Position numbers and translations under genes: made by a program
Notes under the pieces: generated by a model
What the model was told of the DNA's origin: nothing
Database searches by the model: none
Seen by the model: only the letters and a program-made list of their open reading frames with translations
Shown here: positions 61,423 through 64,000 of the stretch, piece after piece
Layout: the number at the start of each line of letters is the position of its first letter
Numbering within the stretch: the first letter of the stretch is position 1
Source: Mobula hypostoma
Lineage: Eukaryota
Assembly: GCF_963921235.1 (NCBI RefSeq)
Contig: NC_086106.1
Span: forward strand, 53,072,001 to 53,136,000
Direction of reading: 5' to 3'
DNA: 64,000 nucleotides

Positions 61423-64000
61423 GTAGAAAGATTAGAGGGATGGAGACATTGATGAACACTTGATGGGAGGAACAGAGGGATGGGAAAGAGATCCATACTC
61501 GGTGTGGGATTATAGGGATGAGGTAGAGACACTTGCACTTGTGCAGAGATCAGGCATGCAGGGGCGATACTGGTGTGACCAGATGATGGGAGCATCAGTG
61601 GAAATCTGGTGCTTTCTGGTGAGGTCGAATGGTCTAGAAAAATACTTGCTGTGAGACTGGATGGGTAGGTAAAGGAGATGCATGTACTTATTGAAGGATC
61701 AGAGAGTAAAGACAAGATGCCAACAGTAGTGGGGACATTGCAGGTGTAGGGGGAGGAATAATAATGATTATGAATGACTATGTATTATAATAAATTTATA
61801 CAGACAATAACTAAGTTTCTGTAAAAAGTTCCGATTAATATAATTTATTGTAATATATTGCATTTAAAGTTTTATATGGTAATGTTAGCTATGGTTGTGG
61901 TGAAAATACCAGTGCTTGGTGACAGGATTAGAAGTGGGCAAAAGACTGGTAATTGGTAAGATTGAAAGAGTAGGAGTCATACTGGCAGTGTTATTGGAGG
62001 AAGAATGGAGAACCGATTGGAGATAGCTCAGCAAATGGCATTGGAATGACCAGGAATAACTGGCATTTGGTGTTAATGTGATTGGTGAGAATCAGGGCCA
62101 ACAGGATTGGAAATGGGGGAGGAAGGTGGTTGGAAAGAAGAATCAGAACAATCAGTAGCCTTGAAGGTTATGACATGTTAAGTGATCCTTCTGGTTCTTT
62201 TTAAATATGTTCAACATTTCTACCTCAATTCTTCATTGCACAGTAAGATCCAGACCTTTAACCATTCTTCTTTGGATGATTTTCTTCCCCTCATTAATAT
62301 TCCTGCTTATGTCCCCTAGTTATTGTCCCCTACAAAGGGAAATACAAGTTAAACTTTGAACTAAAATTCTTTGCTTAGCTTCTTGTCATAAATGGGAGCC
62401 AGTCTTTATAATGTAAATAGCAAGCAATAATCAGTTTGAAGTTGGAAGAGCAGCTGTGCTAACATACATATTGTTTATAGAAAGCAGGATATTGGTTCAT
62501 AGCACCTGGACTGACTTATCAAGAGATGCAGTATAAGACAACGGGTTATTTAATTTGGCTTGTTTCAAACAGACAATGCTGGCTAAGTTATTTAATTCAA
62601 GGAAGCTTACAGACCAGATGGATAATATCACTTAGCATAGCAAATGACAGATCTACAAATAAATTGGAAGGTTTATGTATTCAGGGAAGTTGGCTTCATA
62701 GAATTCATTGTAGGTACCTGGGAACTGTGTTTCCAAGAAGCTTTTCGATTGTATGTGTAAAAATTGTATCTGAGGAATATGTACATGTGAAGTCACCCAA
62801 GTTGCAGGAAACCCATATGTATGTAAGGACCAGTTCAGGCTTAATTAGGAATGCTTAAAGAACGTCAAGAAGAATGATAGAAAGACAATGATGAGAATCC
62901 ATTCCTCGAGCTTTGATTTCTGCAACGGACATCGTCTGCAGCTTTGTTCATCTGCATCGTTGGTATGTCTTTAGCTTGTAAGAATTGTACCTGTATTTTG
63001 GAAATCCTGTTTTAATTTGTTTGTTCTTTTTATGATTGAATACCCTCAGTGAATTTTAAACATGTTTTTAAGAGCTTTGTCTGGCTGAAAAAGCATGTAT
63101 CACTAAAAATAAATGAACTGTGTTTAAACTACTTCGTTAGCTGGAAGTATCTTCTCCTTGGTAAGGGGGGGGGGTTGCACCACTCAAAATAGTAGGCTTT
63201 GGTAGCTATTCTCGCCATGGAAGATCAACAGGGAAGTGAATTAGTTTTTGAAGAATAGGTAGTTTACAGTATAACCTCCCTTTAGTGAGTGTACTCATAG
63301 CTATCTATATCTGATAGGGCTTAGGTATTTGAGTTTAGAACTTCACAGTCAGCAAATCCAATATCATCAGAGGAAAAAAAAGACTGAGTGGATGATCCAA
63401 ATGAAAATGGCTAACAATGAAATAAAGAAACTCTTGCGAAGAAAATAACAAACTAAGAGGGGCAATTAACGTTTTTGCTTAGAAAGTCAAACCCGACCAC
63501 AGTACCTCGAGAGCAAATAGACTTCTCATCTATTTCACTGCTGTTTATAGAACCTTGTAAACTAAATTGGCTGCCATGATTTCTACATATTGATAGTTAT
63601 TGGATTTCAAGAGTACTTCATTGGATATTGAGCACCTTGGGAGAACCTAAAAAAGATATTAAATTAATGCCAGTCGTTGTTCCTATTTCTTTATTTTCCT
63701 ACTTTGATTGTATTTGTTACCTATATTCAGGCTGATCTCTGATTAGCTAAATTCATCGGAGATTATTGTCCTGGCATTGCCTGTGAATGATCAGTAAATC
63801 GTCACCTCTTTCATCTTCGTATTTTGGTGAACCTTAATTCACAGTGAAACCCTAAATTATCCCAGAGTTCACACACACTTTACAAATATTGTCACGTTCT
63901 TCTTTTCACTGCTGTGTTCTTCCCGAAAATGTCACCATCCCTACTCCACCAACTACATCTCTTATTTGCTGTTATATTCCAAAGTGATCATAAATATTGC

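Noticed and set aside
1-64000. CRISPR arrays, rRNA/tRNA genes, prokaryotic systems, intact autonomous TEs
   Set aside because: None seen. tRNA-like boxes belong to SINE heads, tandem repeats are LINE tails or microsatellites, and all TE ORFs are disrupted or deleted.
54886-64000. Terminal KLHL13 exon
   Set aside because: No Kelch-coding continuation was found by eye or in the ORF track; it presumably lies beyond the window.

Overview
Eukaryotic (vertebrate) genomic DNA. The repeat landscape (CR1, Rex1/Babar, Penelope-like, V-SINE, Tc1, solo LTRs) suggests a cartilaginous fish, probably a ray; this is inferred, not proven. The window lies inside one + strand gene, KLHL13 (BTB-BACK-Kelch CUL3 adaptor). 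Five internal coding exons are visible (17686-17827, 37485-37617, 40159-40355, 41216-42011, 54772-54885), all with AG/GT splice sites and compatible phases. The first and last coding exons were not identified with confidence in the window. The introns are mostly nested, decayed transposable elements: two full-length Tc1 relics, an internally deleted Tigger/pogo, three solo LTRs with 4-bp TSDs, an L1 lacking its RT domain, many CR1 and Rex1 fragments, and two families of Penelope-like elements (PLEs). The most notable signal is a set of small, TSD-flanked fold-back insertions made of two inverted copies of a PLE terminus carrying a minimal hammerhead-ribozyme motif. Also notable are the in-frame endonuclease/CCHC L1 fusion next to an exon and candidate alternative first micro-exons for KLHL13. 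Repeat boundaries without TSDs are approximate, and family calls come from motif recognition, not database searches.
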